From Saprolegnia diclina VS20 (lineage: Eukaryota): DNA of 53,465 bases. The translations under genes were made by a program, and so were the position numbers. The notes beneath the pieces were generated by a model. The model worked only from the letters and a program-made list of their open reading frames with translations. It had not been told where the DNA came from and searched no databases. The stretch lies in contig NW_008246147.1 of NCBI RefSeq assembly GCF_000281045.1, positions 69,972 through 123,436 on the forward strand, written 5' to 3'. Each line of letters starts with the position of its first letter. Within the stretch, counting starts at the first letter, position 1. Below, in pieces: positions 34,230-45,978 of this stretch.

Positions 34230-35520
34230 GCAGAGGGAGCAGTGTGAGTGAACAAGGTGCGACAGTCGCGGAGTTTCTCTTATAACATTAGTCGCTAGTA
34301 TGTTTGGAAGGAAGCAGACCCCGATTGCAGTTACGTGCGTAAAATATCGAGGCAAAACCCTTGTTTTAAGAGAGTAGACCGTTTGTAATGGCCGGAAGAA
34401 TGCAATCGACACCCAGCACCACGACTATACCAGTGTTAAATCTACCTTTAAATTGAATAACGAACGACTTATTGGGCGAAGCGCAGCACGAGCGCAGCGA
34501 GGGCACGGTACTAGTTGCGCAAAATGAAGTCTCACCAAGTTGTTCCGGCGTGCGTCCCGGTAACGGTCATATTCGTTGAAGTACGTCTGTCCTGCTAATG
34601 TCGTCATATTGTAACTTGCTTTTACTATTCGGTTGACATAATATATGTTAAGTACGTCAACGAACTTAACAGGATGTATGCACCTTGGCAAACCCGCGCG
34701 CAGAGTGCATTTGGCATCGATGCGTGCAGTGCCAATCCCGGGCGTAGCGTGAGCACTTGCGATAGGGCACAACGTCGCTGGAAAGGGCACAATACCAACG
34801 TATCGTCGTTGCTCGTCAACCGGTAGGCATGAGGCACGAGGTATGGACAACGTCAGTGCATTTGACGGAATATATTCGATGCTTGCATGTATCCCACCAT
34901 GAACGACTCATGCTGAGGATTTCCTCCGAATGACCTACAGCACCCAAGTGTCCATCGAAACTGCCCAGTGCTCGATCGACGACGATATATTCGAAGACTG
35001 CACCCCCGTCGAGTTCTACAGACGTTGCAACCTTGCACGAGACGAAAAGCTTGGCCGCATCGTGTTCAAGGCTGTTCAGACCCTGTCCTAGTCAACACCA
35101 TCGACTAACTGACTGGATGTACGACACACTGAGATTTACAGCACTTGCACCGTCCTACAAGAGACATACGACGGCGCCTACGAGGATCATCGCAGAGGAA
35201 GCTCGGTGCCAACGTTGTCCCCGATCGTGCGTTCGATCCGCTCGCTCTTGTCCCGCGAAGCAGAGATCCAGGTCGCGCACTGGCTTCCCATCGTACGGTC
35301 GTCGACGGTTGCTACCGTTACGGCCACGCTGATTGGCTGACTGGCGATTCACGATGCCGTTTCGTGACGCCACGTCATATCGACTGGATCTCGAGTCCTC
35401 TCTATCTCTCGACGCTGGACGGAATAACGGGAAACACCTGTGGTAAGGTGCTCTGTGCTTCAGCTGCATCGCTGCGAACGTCTGGACACTGGGCCGCTAA
35501 ACTTTACAGCATCCGCTTCC

Positions 35521-35537
35521 CTTCATTTTTCAATTCC
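35521..35537 (+). promoter_or_regulatory. Oomycete Inr/FPR-like core promoter element
   Basis: cttcatttttcaattcc resembles the TCAYTY...WTTY element known from Phytophthora and starts about 34 nt upstream of the peroxidase ATG. Confidence 0.35.
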
Positions 35538-35554
35538 TTGTTTCGCACACGATC

Positions 35555-36478
35555 ATGCTTCGCAAAATGCTCTTCGCACTCCTCGCGTGCGCCGTGACCT
35601 TCTCGAGCGCGCTCACGCAGCGCGACGTCGAGACTGCCAAAGGCCTCCTCCGACAAGTCGCGGGGCCCATCAACTCGAACCAGTTTCTCCAGTTTGCCGG
35701 ACGCATGCTCCAGCTCTGGTTCCACGATATCGACACGTTTGGCGCTGTCGCCAACGGCGGCCCCAACGGCTGCGTGAACGCGCAGTCGGGCGCCAACGCA
35801 GCGGTCCTCGGCGTCATCTCCTCGATCAACCAGATTCACCGTCAAATGCGCGGCGTCATCTCCAAGGCCGACCTCTATGTGCTTGGCGCGTCGGTCGTCA
35901 TTATGGACTCGATTCCGAAGGGGTCGCCTGTCGGTATGGACCTGCTCGGGAACTTCATGACGGGCCGCCCCGACAAGGCGGTGTGCGACCTGCAGAACGT
36001 CTTGCCGAACCCGACGGGCGCGATTTCGACGGTCCAGCAGGCCGTCTCGCAGCGTCTCGGCTTGACGAAGGCCGAGACCGTCGCGCTCATGGGCGCGCAC
36101 ACGCTGGGCGGCGCGCATACGTCCATCTCGGGCTTTACCGGGCCGTTCGACGACACGCCAGCTGTCTTTGACAATGTCTACTACACATCGTACTTGACCA
36201 AGCAGTGGATCAAGCGCCAAGGGCAGTCGGGCGTCTTCTGGGCCGCCAACGACAACTCGGGCACGATCCGCTTCAACGTCGATATGGCCCTCGCCATTGA
36301 CACGGCCCGCTGCCGTACGAACCAAGGCTGCCCGCTCCAGCCGCAGGGCACCATGGACTGGATCAAGCTCTACGCGTCGGACGCTGCGCAGTGGCACCAG
36401 AACTTTGCCTCGGCCTTCCAAAAAGTCAGCGCCAACGGCATCCGCGGCCTCGTGCCCGTCACGCAGCTGCGGGCCTAA
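35555..36478 (+). CDS. Secreted heme peroxidase (non-animal peroxidase-catalase superfamily)
   Basis: Signal peptide, distal WFHD, ISKADL, GRPD, proximal VALMGAHTLG, FDNVYY. Confidence 0.85.
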   Translation: MLRKMLFALLACAVTFSSALTQRDVETAKGLLRQVAGPINSNQFLQFAGRMLQLWFHDIDTFGAVANGGPNGCVNAQSGANAAVLGVISSINQIHRQMRGVISKADLYVLGASVVIMDSIPKGSPVGMDLLGNFMTGRPDKAVCDLQNVLPNPTGAISTVQQAVSQRLGLTKAETVALMGAHTLGGAHTSISGFTGPFDDTPAVFDNVYYTSYLTKQWIKRQGQSGVFWAANDNSGTIRFNVDMALAIDTARCRTNQGCPLQPQGTMDWIKLYASDAAQWHQNFASAFQKVSANGIRGLVPVTQLRA

Positions 36479-36722
36479 GTGTCTTCGCCACCTGGACGCT
36501 TGACGTCCACGTACTTCTACAGTAATTCGAGTGTTGTATATTGTCCTTCGCTTCCTACTTTTCTGTGATACCCTCCGCAAACCAATCTTTTGCACACGGT
36601 GGTGTATCCTAGGAGAGCTTCTCTGCCTCCTTCTACCTCTGAAGCTAGAGGTCGCAACCTACGCCTTGTCGAAATACTAGTAGCCGACTTCACGCACAAA
36701 GTACAGAGAGACGAGTTAAGTC

Positions 36723-38248
36723 TTAACTCAGCACAACGTCGATGAGCTCGTCGCCTTCGAGGTCGTATTGCTACGCGATAAAGACAACTTGAGTGCATAG
36801 CCGAGGTCGTGGTTGTACCGAGAAGGGCTGGTCGGGGTGCATCAACTCGCCGTCGATCTTGAAGCGAACGTGGGCCGGATCCAAATGTCGCTTGGCGCAG
36901 ACCTTCTGCACCAGTGTCTTGACGAGCGCCGTCTATGCATGCGTCAAGAACCGTCGACTAGCGCATGCAGACGCACGGTTGAGATCTTGAAGGCCTCCGT
37001 CTCGGTGGACGGAAGGAAGCGGAGGTTGACGCTTACGGCGGTCGGGTCTTCGGCGATCGCTTGGTCGCACGCGGCCTCGACGACATCGGTCGAGTCGAGA
37101 CTATAATGCTGCAGCACCTATTGTGTCAATACCGAAACTCCGTGAGTAGACAGATACCGAGATGGGCTTGTCGAGCTCGAGGGTGTCGCCCAAGAGCTTG
37201 AGCGTCACGTCATCTGGCGACAGCTTGTGCACGTTGCAGAACGAGAGCAGAAGCTTCTGCACGGGCATGCTGCTCGAGATGCGGTAGATCTCGATCTTGC
37301 CGCCGGTCCGGCGCACCTTGACCCGGATGATGTCTTTGGCCGGCGATTTCGCCGGTGATTTCGCCATGGACTTGGCCGGCGACTTGGACGCGACGTACGC
37401 TGCTGCAGAGTCCACGATGGCGTTGACCACGTCGTTGTCTTCGAGGTCGTAGCGCTACACGATACAGATATATCGCACATAACAGAGCACGTTCTGCCGT
37501 ACCTCGGGCGTGTCCCCAAGCTCGATCGCGACGCCGTCGTAGACGAAGCGGACGCCGGCCGGCACGAGGTCGTGGCACTCGCAGAATTTGCTCAACAGCG
37601 TGTCGAAGGTCGCCGTCTACATGCATCGCGTCGACTCCTGTGCTTACGAGAGGCTTCTTCTACCTGAGGCATGCGAATGCGCTCGGTCTGCTCGCTTCCA
37701 CTGAGCGATATCCATTGTACGGCGAGCGTGATCATGGCGTCGTCGCCAGAAAAGGCAGTCGAATGGGACACGTCGGTCGCGACGACGTCGACGGGCTGCA
37801 CCTTCCTGAACACCTCGTCGCCATGAGGTCGATGTCGTACATGGTCGATAGCACGTACCGCAAGATGGCTTGCGTTCGCTGCAGCACCGGGTCGTTCGCG
37901 AGCTTCATCTGGATTTCAATGTCGTTATCGTCCTCGTCGGACGACGAGTCGTCGAGGTGCACGACGCCGTCCTTGTCTTCCTTGGGCGGCGACGCCAAGG
38001 CGCGGCGAATGGGCCGGCGGCGCAGCGGCGAGTCGGTTCCGGAGGGCGGCGACGTCGCCTGCGAGGCGCCGACGCGCCGCCGCTTGACCGGCGTGACGTT
38101 GAGCAGGTTGTCGTCGTCGCTGTCGGAGGCGATCTCCACTAGACGCAAGCAAGATGAGGCGGCTATGAGGCAGCGCGGGCGGCTGCGTACCGACGATGCG
38201 CCGCTTGCTGTGGTCGGGCACGTACTCTTCGCAGTCCGAGTCGCTCAT
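36723..38248 (-). CDS. Rad60/Esc2/NIP45-like protein with tandem SUMO-like domains, multi-exon
   Basis: Acidic disordered N-terminus with NLS-like KRRR, then three ubiquitin/SUMO-like units (VRFVYDG...LEDNDVV, VTLKLLGD, VRFKIDG...YDLEGDELIDV*). Confidence 0.65.
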
Positions 38249-38613
38249 GATGTCGGGCCAGAATCCAATAATCGGCTTCACAAATCCAACACTATCACTG
38301 GTTTCGGCACATGCCGCATTTAGTGAATAGTGTAGGTGGCGTCGCGCCCCCGCGGTGGGATTGGCCAAAAAGCCCTGGCCAGTGGTCGTTCTCTGCCAAT
38401 CAACGTCGTCAAAATGTATTTGCGTGTCTCATTGGCCAATTGCATTTAATGTTGCTTCTTCTTTACCAATCAGATGGTAGGCCCGGCTGACTTGATAATT
38501 TCGAGGCATTGAAAAGACTACGAGTTGATACTTGATACTCGTACTTGGGATCGCGCACCCAAAGCTCCTTGTTGTCGACGCATTTTGTGTACAGAATTGT
38601 CCTTGGTTGTCAA

Positions 38614-39759
38614 CTAGTTGGACTCAAGCGAAAAGTCCGCGTGCAAGTAGTCGCGGTCGGAGAGAGTCATGGAACTCAGCGTCTCGAGCGGCGAGAGGTC
38701 GTCGGCAACCGACGTTTGCGGGCTCACCGGTGCTGGGCTCGGTCGCGGCGACGAAAGCACAGGAATCGACTCGTTCTCGGTCAAAATGAGCTCGAGTTCC
38801 GAGTCTTCTGGCTGCGAGCTCTGTCTCGCTAAGAAGAACGTCGGGGGCTCGGGGCGACTCGGTCGAGCGGGTTGCCGCCCGGGGGGGCGGCGGGGGGCTT
38901 GGTTTCCGCTCGTGATCGGTGGCCGCGGCTCAAAGTTGTCGATGCAAATACACGTCTGGTTGCGAACGAACGGGTCGAGTGTTTCGAGCGACGTCGTGTC
39001 CACGCGATGCGGACGGTAAATGTGCGTCCGCAGCGCCGCCCGCTTGACTTCATTGGCCTCGCGAACCGCGTCGGCTTTCAACTGCGTCGGCGTCGGCGAC
39101 GACGTAATGAGCTGTTTGTGTATTCGCTGGAGATGGACGTTCTTGGCGGCATTCGAGGCCTCAAACGCCTGCACCGAGTACGTGGGTTTCTGCGCCAAAA
39201 TGCGCTTGCGGTACAACTATCCAAGAATACGCTATCCAAATCTATCCAACACAGGATAGAAACCTCGTTTTCCTTGGCGATGCGGGCGTTCTGCCGCACT
39301 CGGTTGCGCTCGTAGCCGGACACAAGGGTGTACTTGTTGTGGTTGTCGATCTTTGGTAGCATGTTGGCGTCAATGCATGTGCCTGGTGCAAACGCCGTCG
39401 CGCTCTTTAGGCTCTTGGCCGACGGGACCATGATGTGCGCCATCTTTTCCTATCAACGTTTGAGAAGATGAGGCCATTCGCCTTGGAGAATGTATGTACC
39501 ATGAGGAGCGCATTCTCATACGATATCTTGCCGTGCATTTCTAGGGTGCTATGCGTCAATGAGGACGACTAGGGATCGTACCGGCAACTTGGCTGGCCTT
39601 TTTCGCGTTGAACTCGAGATGGGCAAATGCGCGGGGGCTTGTGACGTGGCACATGCCCTTGGAGCCGCGGAGGTTCTCCAATAGAAGCGCAGCGTTCTGC
39701 GAAAGCTCTCGCCGAGCGCAGAGCACGTTGGCGACCGGCATGTCCTGGTTGTGGACCAT
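38614..39759 (-). CDS. CFAP97/Hemingway (KIAA1430)-domain cilia/flagella-associated protein, multi-exon
   Basis: Spliced HLEFNAKK...ENALLMEKMAHIM and RIAKENE...KRILAQKPTYS motifs joined by canonical short introns. Confidence 0.65.
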
Positions 39760-40100
39760 CTCGGCAGCCCAAATTGTACTGTGATCACAGCGAAATACAA
39801 TCAGATATTTGCTGAATAAAACGTTCAAGGAACGATTCCTATCGCACGAACACTCGTTATTGTTGTTGTGATACTTGCTTGCGCTGATATCGTTGGCTGG
39901 TACCGGTCGGTAGGTGCTGGGCACTGAGGCCGGCGCATCTCGTGGATTGTTGAAGGCGTGTTCACTGGGCTTCAAGAAGTGGCATGTGCCGAATGTAGCA
40001 ATCAACTGACCTTTTTCAAATGCCTATAAATAGCCGCCAATCCCACGTGCTATCCGGATAGAGCTCCGGACACAGTGGAAGTTCCTGTGGTGGACGGAAG

Positions 40101-42664
40101 ATGCTGCGCTCTCTGCATGGCCGGCCGATCTGGCGCCGCCCGAGCAGCTTCATGAGTACGGTCCGGTGCATGGGCCATGCGGCGACGCGCCTCGACAAGT
40201 GGAACGCAGAGCTCGCGCGCCAGGCGCGGGCGACGACAAGCGCGACCCCGCCGGCGACGGTGCAGCTCCTCGTGCCCTCGGTCGCGACGCCGTATTCGCC
40301 GACGATGGCGGCCACGCCGCTGCAAGCGATGCAGCAGTTTACGCAAGCGACTGGCGCCAAGATTCCGCCCGTGGTCGGCGCGACGATTGCAACGACGACG
40401 GACGAACAGATTGTGTGGGACCTCTCGCGGGAGCTGCCGGCGACGACGACGCACGTCGCTTTGCATGACTTTGACGACAAGCGCATGGAGGCCATGTTCT
40501 GGCACTCGTCGGCGCACGTGCTTGGCGCCGCGCTCGAGGCCAAGTTTGGCGACGACGTGCTCCTCTGCGATGGCCCGTCGCTGCCCGATGGCTTCTTCTA
40601 CGAGATGTACCTGCCGTCCGGCCGCACGCTGTCGGAGCACGACTTTAGCGACATTGAAGCTGAGATGGCCAAAATCATCAAGGCGCGGGCGCCGTTCGAG
40701 CGACTGCAAGTGACGCGCGACGTGGCCAAGGATATGTTTGGCTACTCCAAGTTCAAGCTCCAAATGCTCAACAACATCCCGGCCGACGAGCCGATCACGC
40801 TGTACAAGTGCGGGAGCTTTGTCGACCTCTGCCGCGGCCCACACCTTCCGCACACGGGTACGTCTCGACGCCTCACTGCGTCTGCAACGGATATGAGGTG
40901 GCCATGCCACGCAGGTCCATCGTGGACGTGGCCACCTCTTTACTTGTATCCTACAGCAAAGCATGACTGGCGAACACCTCAGCGATCTAGCATTGATCCT
41001 ACTGAGCTACAGTTGGACCGACATCCTCTTCCTCTGCTTGCTTTGCTCTCGATCGCCTGCTCATGAACGTGCGAGTAGGCATGCTGCAGACCGTCGCCCT
41101 CACCCGCTGCGGCGCGTCGCACTGGACGCACGGCCCCGAGCTGCTCCAGCGCGTGTACGGCGTCACGTTCCCGGACAAGGCGCGCATGAAGGAGTGGAAG
41201 CATCTCCAGGCCGAAGCCAAGAAGCGGGATCATCGGTAGAGTCCCTTCGCTGTCGCAAGGAGCCAAGACGCTGTACGTAGGATCATTGGCAAGGCGCAAA
41301 GCCTCTTCCTCTTCCACCCGTGGAGCCCCGGAAGCTCGTTCATGCTGCCGCATGGCACCCGCATCTTTAATCGCCTTGCGTCGTTCATCCGCCACGAGTA
41401 CCGCAAGCGTGGGTACGACGAGGTCGTGACGCCGCTCATCTTCAAAAAGGTTGCGATTCAGATTCAGATTCGGCATGCTAAATCTCAAGTAGGAACTCTG
41501 GGAAACGTCGGGCCACTATGAAAACTACAAGGAAGACATGTACAGCGTGCGCCCGGGCATGGACGACGACGCGCACATGTCGTGTGCGGACCACGCCAAC
41601 CACGCGGCCCTGCAGAGCGACGACGACGTCGACCTCTTTGGTCTCAAGCCCATGAACTGCCCGGGCCACTGCCTCATGTTTAAGGAAAACAAGGTCTACT
41701 CGTACCGCGAGCTCCCCGTGCGGTTTGCCGACTTTTCGGCCTTGCACCGGTACTGTCGCATCTCAATTTGAATCTCAATTTTGACAATACATTGCAGGAA
41801 CGAAGCGTCGGGGGCGCTCACGGGGCTCACGCGCGTGCGCCGCTTCCACCAAGACGACGCGCACATTTTTTGCCGACCGGATCAAGTCCAAGATGAGATT
41901 CACTCGTGCCTCGCCTTTATCAAGCACGTCTACGGCGTCTTTGGCTTTGAGTTTCAGGTAGATTCCGAGTCAAGTTTTTGAGATTGAGGTGGAAATGGTA
42001 GCTGCGGCTCTCGACGCGCCCCGAGGCTTACATGGGCGACCTGGCGCTGTGGGACTCGGCCGAGGCGCAGCTCGAAGCGGCGCTCAACGCCTTTGACATG
42101 CCGTGGACGCTCAACGCTGGCGACGGTGCGTTCTACGGCCCCAAGATCGACATTGCTGTCCGCGATGCTCTCAAGCGCGAGCACCAGTGCGGTACGATCC
42201 AGCTGGACTTCCAGCTGCCATTGCGCTTCAACCTCAAGTACGACGGCAGCGACGGCAACGAGCACACGCCCATCATCGTCCACCGCGCGGTCCTGGGCTC
42301 GATCGAGCGCATGATGGCGATTCTCATCGAGCACACGGCGGGCAAGTGGCCGCTCTGGCTGAGTCCGCGCCAAGTAGCCGTGCTGCCGTTGACCGAGCAC
42401 CAAGAACCGTACGCGCAGCAGGTGCACGCAGCGCTGCACGCGCACGACGTGTACGTGGACGTCATCGGGCATGGCAAGACGCTCAACAAACGTATTCGAG
42501 ACGCGCAGCTCGCGGGCTACAACTACATTGTGGTCGTCGGCGAGAAGGAAGCGGCGGCCAACGAGGTCAACGTCCGGACCCGTGATGGCAACGCCGTCCT
42601 CGGCACGTCGAGCGTCGAGTCGTTTGTGGCGAAGATCCTCTCAGAGCAAGCTGCTTTCCAGTGA
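40101..42664 (+). CDS. TARS: Threonyl-tRNA synthetase, probably mitochondrial, multi-exon
   Basis: Presequence-like N-terminus, [78 protein letters not shown]. Confidence 0.95.
40886..41026 (+). ncRNA. Candidate intronic box H/ACA snoRNA/scaRNA
   Basis: Inside the 221-nt intron 40858-41078. Hairpin 40895-40938, H box ACAGCA 40953-40958, second hairpin 40965-41014 with internal loop, ACA 41021-41023. Both boxes lie 14 nt after the upper stems. Confidence 0.5.
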
Positions 42665-42722
42665 GATTTGGTTTTGAATATACGCAAGTAGAGATATGAT
42701 CTCGTTGGATCGTCAGCTCTTC

Positions 42723-43093
42723 TCAAGGGGTTGCAGTGCATCGCCGTGATTGACACACAAGCCAAAGCCGCCTGCGCATCCGCCCCCTGTCATCAATGTT
42801 CAGGTTGAAGCGGGTGCTTGGGCTCGCGACGTAGCCACCGCCGACCGCATCGTAGACGCCAAACGTCGCGACCGACACGTCACCATGGAACAGACCTTGG
42901 TCGTGCGTCGACGCGAAGGCTTTGGCGACCTCGAGTAGCAGCTGCAGTCGCAGTGGCGGTGACACTTGTATGGATACGGGTGCGCTTTGGCGTCAAATGC
43001 TTGCGAATCGTGTGTGTGCGAGGCGTCATTCATGGCGCTCATTTCGTCCTGGAGCGATGTGGCATCGACCGCGGACGCGCCGAGTCGGCGCAA
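42723..43093 (-). pseudogene. Inverted relic of the kinase-like N-terminal domain of the downstream NHL receptor genes
   Basis: SPPLRLQLLLEVAKAFASTHDQGLFHGDVSVATFGVYDAVGGGY nearly matches the intact paralogs, then terminates. Confidence 0.75.
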
Positions 43094-43099
43094 GTACAG

Positions 43100-43290
43100 A
43101 CGGCGTACACTGTTTCATGTTGGAAGGCAGCACCAGCTTTGCCTCGCTCACGGGCATCGCCAGTTCGCTTTTCGTCGCCACAGTGCTGGCCTCATGCGTG
43201 CGACCGACGGCACGTGGCCGATGCAGGTAACGACGCTGTGCGCACCGTGAACGCGAACAGTGTCGTCTCGGCGTTAGCCGGTACCGGTGA
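43100..43290 (+). pseudogene. Deleted relic of the NHL region of the downstream genes
   Basis: AYTVS and VADAGNDAVRTVNANSVVSALAGTG match SYTVS and VADAGNNAVRTVDPNGVVATLAGTG of the 45979-47763 protein. Confidence 0.7.
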
Positions 43291-43372
43291 GCAGCGCTGC
43301 CCTACAATTGCGTCATCCCAATGTTCTTTTGTACATCTAGTGATCGATATCGTCTTGACGCTCTCGTTTGGT

Positions 43373-43439
43373 GTAGGATCATTGGCAAAGCGCAGAGCCT
43401 CTTCCCCATGGAGCCCCGGAGCTCGTTCATGCTGCCGCA
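43373..43439 (+). repeat. Degenerate copy of a ThrRS acceptor site plus exon start (source 41277-41352)
   Basis: gtaggatcattggcaaagcgcagagcctcttcc...tggagccccgga.gctcgttcatgctgccgca aligns with the ThrRS segment apart from a few substitutions and small deletions. Confidence 0.8.
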
Positions 43440-43859
43440 CCTTGAACGTCTCCTTCCTCCGTCCATCAATGACGAGACCACGCGAACTCCGAGCCCTTTT
43501 GCCACCGCCTCAGCAAGCCACACGACAGGTGTTGGATCGACAGTTCAAGAAGGTACTAGGGCTCTCTATGCGCTTGGCGCAGGAGGCCTGTGGTGTGTTA
43601 TACGGTTATACGACCATGTCTCGCGTGTGCAGTGAGCGTCCCTATGTTGATTTCGAGGCAGGCGCAATGATTTCATCAAGGCTCGTGCTCTGCGTCCAAC
43701 TCTTTCACGAGCTACTTCGACGTGAATGCATTGACCACCAAAGATGGTGCGCTAACATGACGCCCAAACGTCCTATCAGCTAAATTTGACCGAACTATTT
43801 CAAGGTGTCGGGGACCACAAAGACACTTGGTGCCCAAGTCAGCTCGGCATCTCACACCG

Positions 43860-45698
43860 ATGCATCCAGCCTCGGCACGGATGCCGCACACGGCAGAGCC
43901 ATTGCAAGTCGCAGTAGCTGCGCCACTTTGTTCTCCGATTGCAGAGGATGCAGTCATCGTTGACATGTCGTCACCACCAGCCTCTCAACCAGAGATGCCA
44001 GAAAGTCCGCCCAATCACTTGATCGGTGCCGAGTACGGCTCGCTGCGCGTCTTTCTCCGGCTCGTTCCAGTGCCGGCGCCCATGCGACTGCAACTGCTTC
44101 TCGATGCTGCGAGAGACCTCGCATCGACGCACGACCACGGCGCGTTTCACGGCGACGTGTCATGTGCGGCCATTGGCGTCAGTGATGCGGTCGGCGGCGG
44201 CTACGTGGCGCATCTGGCCACCCATCGCAACATCGACACCCAAGACACGACGAGTCTGGCGGACGAACAGGCAATTGACGTCCGCAGCTTTGGTTTGTGT
44301 CTCATTGAAGCCTACCATGGCGTGGTCGGCGCGAATTTCGGTGACCGCCGGCCGGACGCGATGCCGGTGGCTCTCTGGACATTGGCCAGCGACTTGTCTC
44401 AGTCGCCAACAAGTGAAAGACGCACCATGATGGATGTCGTTACGGCGCTCGAAGCGATGGTCCAGCAGACGCAAGCACCAACTGCTCTACGCGTTGAGGA
44501 TGCTGAAGCCAAAACGAACGACACGGATACCATGACGTTGGCCAAGCGTCGTCGCGCCCATCGCTGTGCCCTTCTCGCGGCACTGGTACTGGCGCTCGTT
44601 GCTAGCGCTGTTTGTGTCGCTCTGATCCCGTCATGGGATAGCCAAGCAGACAACTCTGGGACAGACAATTCGACGGCGACATCGACGCCGACACCAACAC
44701 CGACAACGACAACGACACCAACGACAACGACACCGACACCAACGACAATCACGCTGACCGACCACTCGTACACTGTCTCGACGTATGCTGGCAGCACCCT
44801 CATCACATCATTTGTGTACCCTCCGTTGGGTATCGCGGGCAATGCAACGTACCTCTACGTCGCCGACACCCCCACGTCGATCATGCGCATCGATCGATCG
44901 AGCAGTACGTGGACGACCATCGCTGGCAGCTCGACCAGCGGCTTTACCGACGGCGCCGGCTCGAGCGCCGCTTTCAATGGTATTCAAGGCATCGCGCTGT
45001 CGCCCGACGGCACATTGTATGTGGCCGACTCCAACAACAATGCTGTCCGCGCGGTCGATGCCGTCGGTGTCGTCACGACGGTTGCGGGCACGGGGGTCAT
45101 GGGCAGTGCCGATGGGAGCGTCAGCACTGCCATGTTTTACATGCCAAAAAGCGTTGCTGTTGCCTCGAGCAAGGTCCTCGTTGCCGACACGTACAACTAC
45201 AACGTGCGATCGATCGCCGCCGGTGTCGTCTCGACGTTCTCGGGCTCGGGCGTCTCGGGCCAAGCGTCGGGACTCTCGCCAACGTATAATCATCCCGCTG
45301 GGATCGCGGTGGCACCGTCGGGTATCGTCTACGTCACGGACAGCAACATGGTGCGCAAGATTGCTCTTGACGGCAGCGTCACCAACATTGGGAGCAGCAC
45401 GGCCGGCCACAACGACGGCATCGGCGCCAGCGCTGCCTTTGACAGCCCAATCGGCGTCGCTGTTGACGTGGACGGTATTGTTTATGTCATCGACACTGGC
45501 AACCACTGCATCCGCGCGATCGATGCCAATGATAACGTCATCACGATCGCCGGTGTTCCTGGCACCAGCGGCGCACAAGACGGGGCAGGCAGTACCGCCA
45601 CGTTCAGCGGGCCCCAGTTCATTTGGATCGACGCGTCCGGAGCTCTTTACGTCACAGATGCCATGAACTTTAGCATTCGGCGGCTCGCGTATACCTAG
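43860..45698 (+). CDS. Type II membrane protein: degenerate kinase C-lobe domain, TM, Thr/Pro stalk, NHL-repeat beta-propeller (copy A)
   Basis: AEYGSLRVFL, FHGDVS and DVRSFGLCLIE kinase-like motifs. KRRRAHR precedes a hydrophobic helix. NHL repeats (FNGIQGIALSPDGTLYVADSNNNAVR, FDSPIGVAVDVDGIVYVIDTGNHCIR). Start may be 43881. Confidence 0.8.
   Translation: MHPASARMPHTAEPLQVAVAAPLCSPIAEDAVIVDMSSPPASQPEMPESPPNHLIGAEYGSLRVFLRLVPVPAPMRLQLLLDAARDLASTHDHGAFHGDVSCAAIGVSDAVGGGYVAHLATHRNIDTQDTTSLADEQAIDVRSFGLCLIEAYHGVVGANFGDRRPDAMPVALWTLASDLSQSPTSERRTMMDVVTALEAMVQQTQAPTALRVEDAEAKTNDTDTMTLAKRRRAHRCALLAALVLALVASAVCVALIPSWDSQADNSGTDNSTATSTPTPTPTTTTTPTTTTPTPTTITLTDHSYTVSTYAGSTLITSFVYPPLGIAGNATYLYVADTPTSIMRIDRSSSTWTTIAGSSTSGFTDGAGSSAAFNGIQGIALSPDGTLYVADSNNNAVRAVDAVGVVTTVAGTGVMGSADGSVSTAMFYMPKSVAVASSKVLVADTYNYNVRSIAAGVVSTFSGSGVSGQASGLSPTYNHPAGIAVAPSGIVYVTDSNMVRKIALDGSVTNIGSSTAGHNDGIGASAAFDSPIGVAVDVDGIVYVIDTGNHCIRAIDANDNVITIAGVPGTSGAQDGAGSTATFSGPQFIWIDASGALYVTDAMNFSIRRLAYT
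44672..44750 (+). repeat. Thr/Pro-coding low-complexity repeat (mucin-like stalk)
   Basis: acn/ccn-rich run encoding TATSTPTPTPTTTTTPTTTTPTPTTI. Confidence 0.7.
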
Positions 45699-45978
45699 CC
45701 CTCCCATCGTAACTTTATAACTCGCCTCTCACAAACCATCGAAATGCATGTTATGCGTGCATCGAGGCCAACTTTGATGCACACAGCCTCGAGGGCAGCA
45801 AGACAAGGCATGCCAAAGGGGCCAAACTTCTCGACTTTGAAAGACGATATTTGAAAAACATCGACGTCCGAAGCCGAAAAAACCGAGCACCGAAAGCTCC
45901 ACGCGTTTCTATTTCGAGGTGGAATCATCCTTTTTGCAGCGCCCACGTACACTGCACCCACCCTGTCGTTTGGCTGCA

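Noticed and set aside
34420..35500. About 1 kb spacer between CDP-DAG synthase and peroxidase with short ORFs
   Set aside because: No codon bias, motif or RNA structure that I could support.
38360..38472. Cluster of CCAAT/ATTGG boxes (similar ones near 25610, 29907 and 30155)
   Set aside because: Known oomycete promoter element in expected positions; not novel.
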